DNA of 64,000 nt from a virus (Duplodnaviria; Heunggongvirae; Uroviricota; Caudoviricetes): the IMG/VR virus record IMGVR_UViG_3300029705_000015. The stretch is one strand, 5' to 3'. The notes under the pieces were generated by a model that ran no database searches, was not told the DNA's origin, and worked only from the letters and a program-made list of their open reading frames with translations. Of this stretch, positions 63,934-64,000 are shown piece after piece. The stretch's first letter is position 1; each line of letters opens with the position of its first letter. A program made the translations under genes and the position numbers.

Positions 63934-64000
63934 GATAACTTACAACTGATAATTTACAAAGAATACTGAGGAAGGTAATTAAACAATGAGCTTTGATTAT

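Noticed and set aside
2290-64000. Additional DGR variable repeats
   Set aside because: No second match to the TR 3' end (CTTGTGCCGCTGTG) or a WWL.S-type C-terminus was noticed by eye; a computational search is still advisable.
1-64000. Stop-codon reassignment as in some large gut phages
   Set aside because: Long core genes are uninterrupted in the standard code, and TAG and TGA both end genes at sensible positions.
1-64000. tRNA, rRNA, CRISPR array, integrase or transposase
   Set aside because: No cloverleaf/T-loop signatures, repeat-spacer arrays or recombinase motifs were recognised in the intergenic gaps or ORFs.

Overview
This is a 64-kb segment of a large, AT-rich tailed phage genome read with the standard genetic code. 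The host is probably a Gram-positive Bacillota/Clostridia species, inferred from sigmaA-type promoters, an LL-H-type holin and the lysin families. Left end (1-2289): a diversity-generating retroelement with the target 3' end/VR, a hairpin, avd, TR and RT; all 18 VR/TR mismatches fall at TR adenines. 2.3-11 kb: two multi-domain lysins and fibre/adhesin genes on both strands. 11-22.7 kb: small genes driven by a repeated AGTTGA-N17-TATAAT promoter, including YqeY-like, ASCH/DUF3850, a KH domain, kptA and a replication-initiator-like HTH. 23-37 kb: acidic multi-module proteins punctuated by [LMIF]-x-E motifs, plus two multi-domain cell-wall hydrolases. 37-53.5 kb: a fibre/baseplate cluster with recurring N- and C-terminal motifs and a 2221-aa CotH-like/LRR protein. 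Right end: T4-type head module (terminase, portal, gp21 protease-scaffold, gp23-like capsid, gp13-like neck). The two most novel-looking signals are (1) a putative capsid-cargo polyprotein system cut by the prohead protease and (2) a putative plug-and-socket chain of fibre proteins. Both are inferences from motifs read by eye; no database searches were run.
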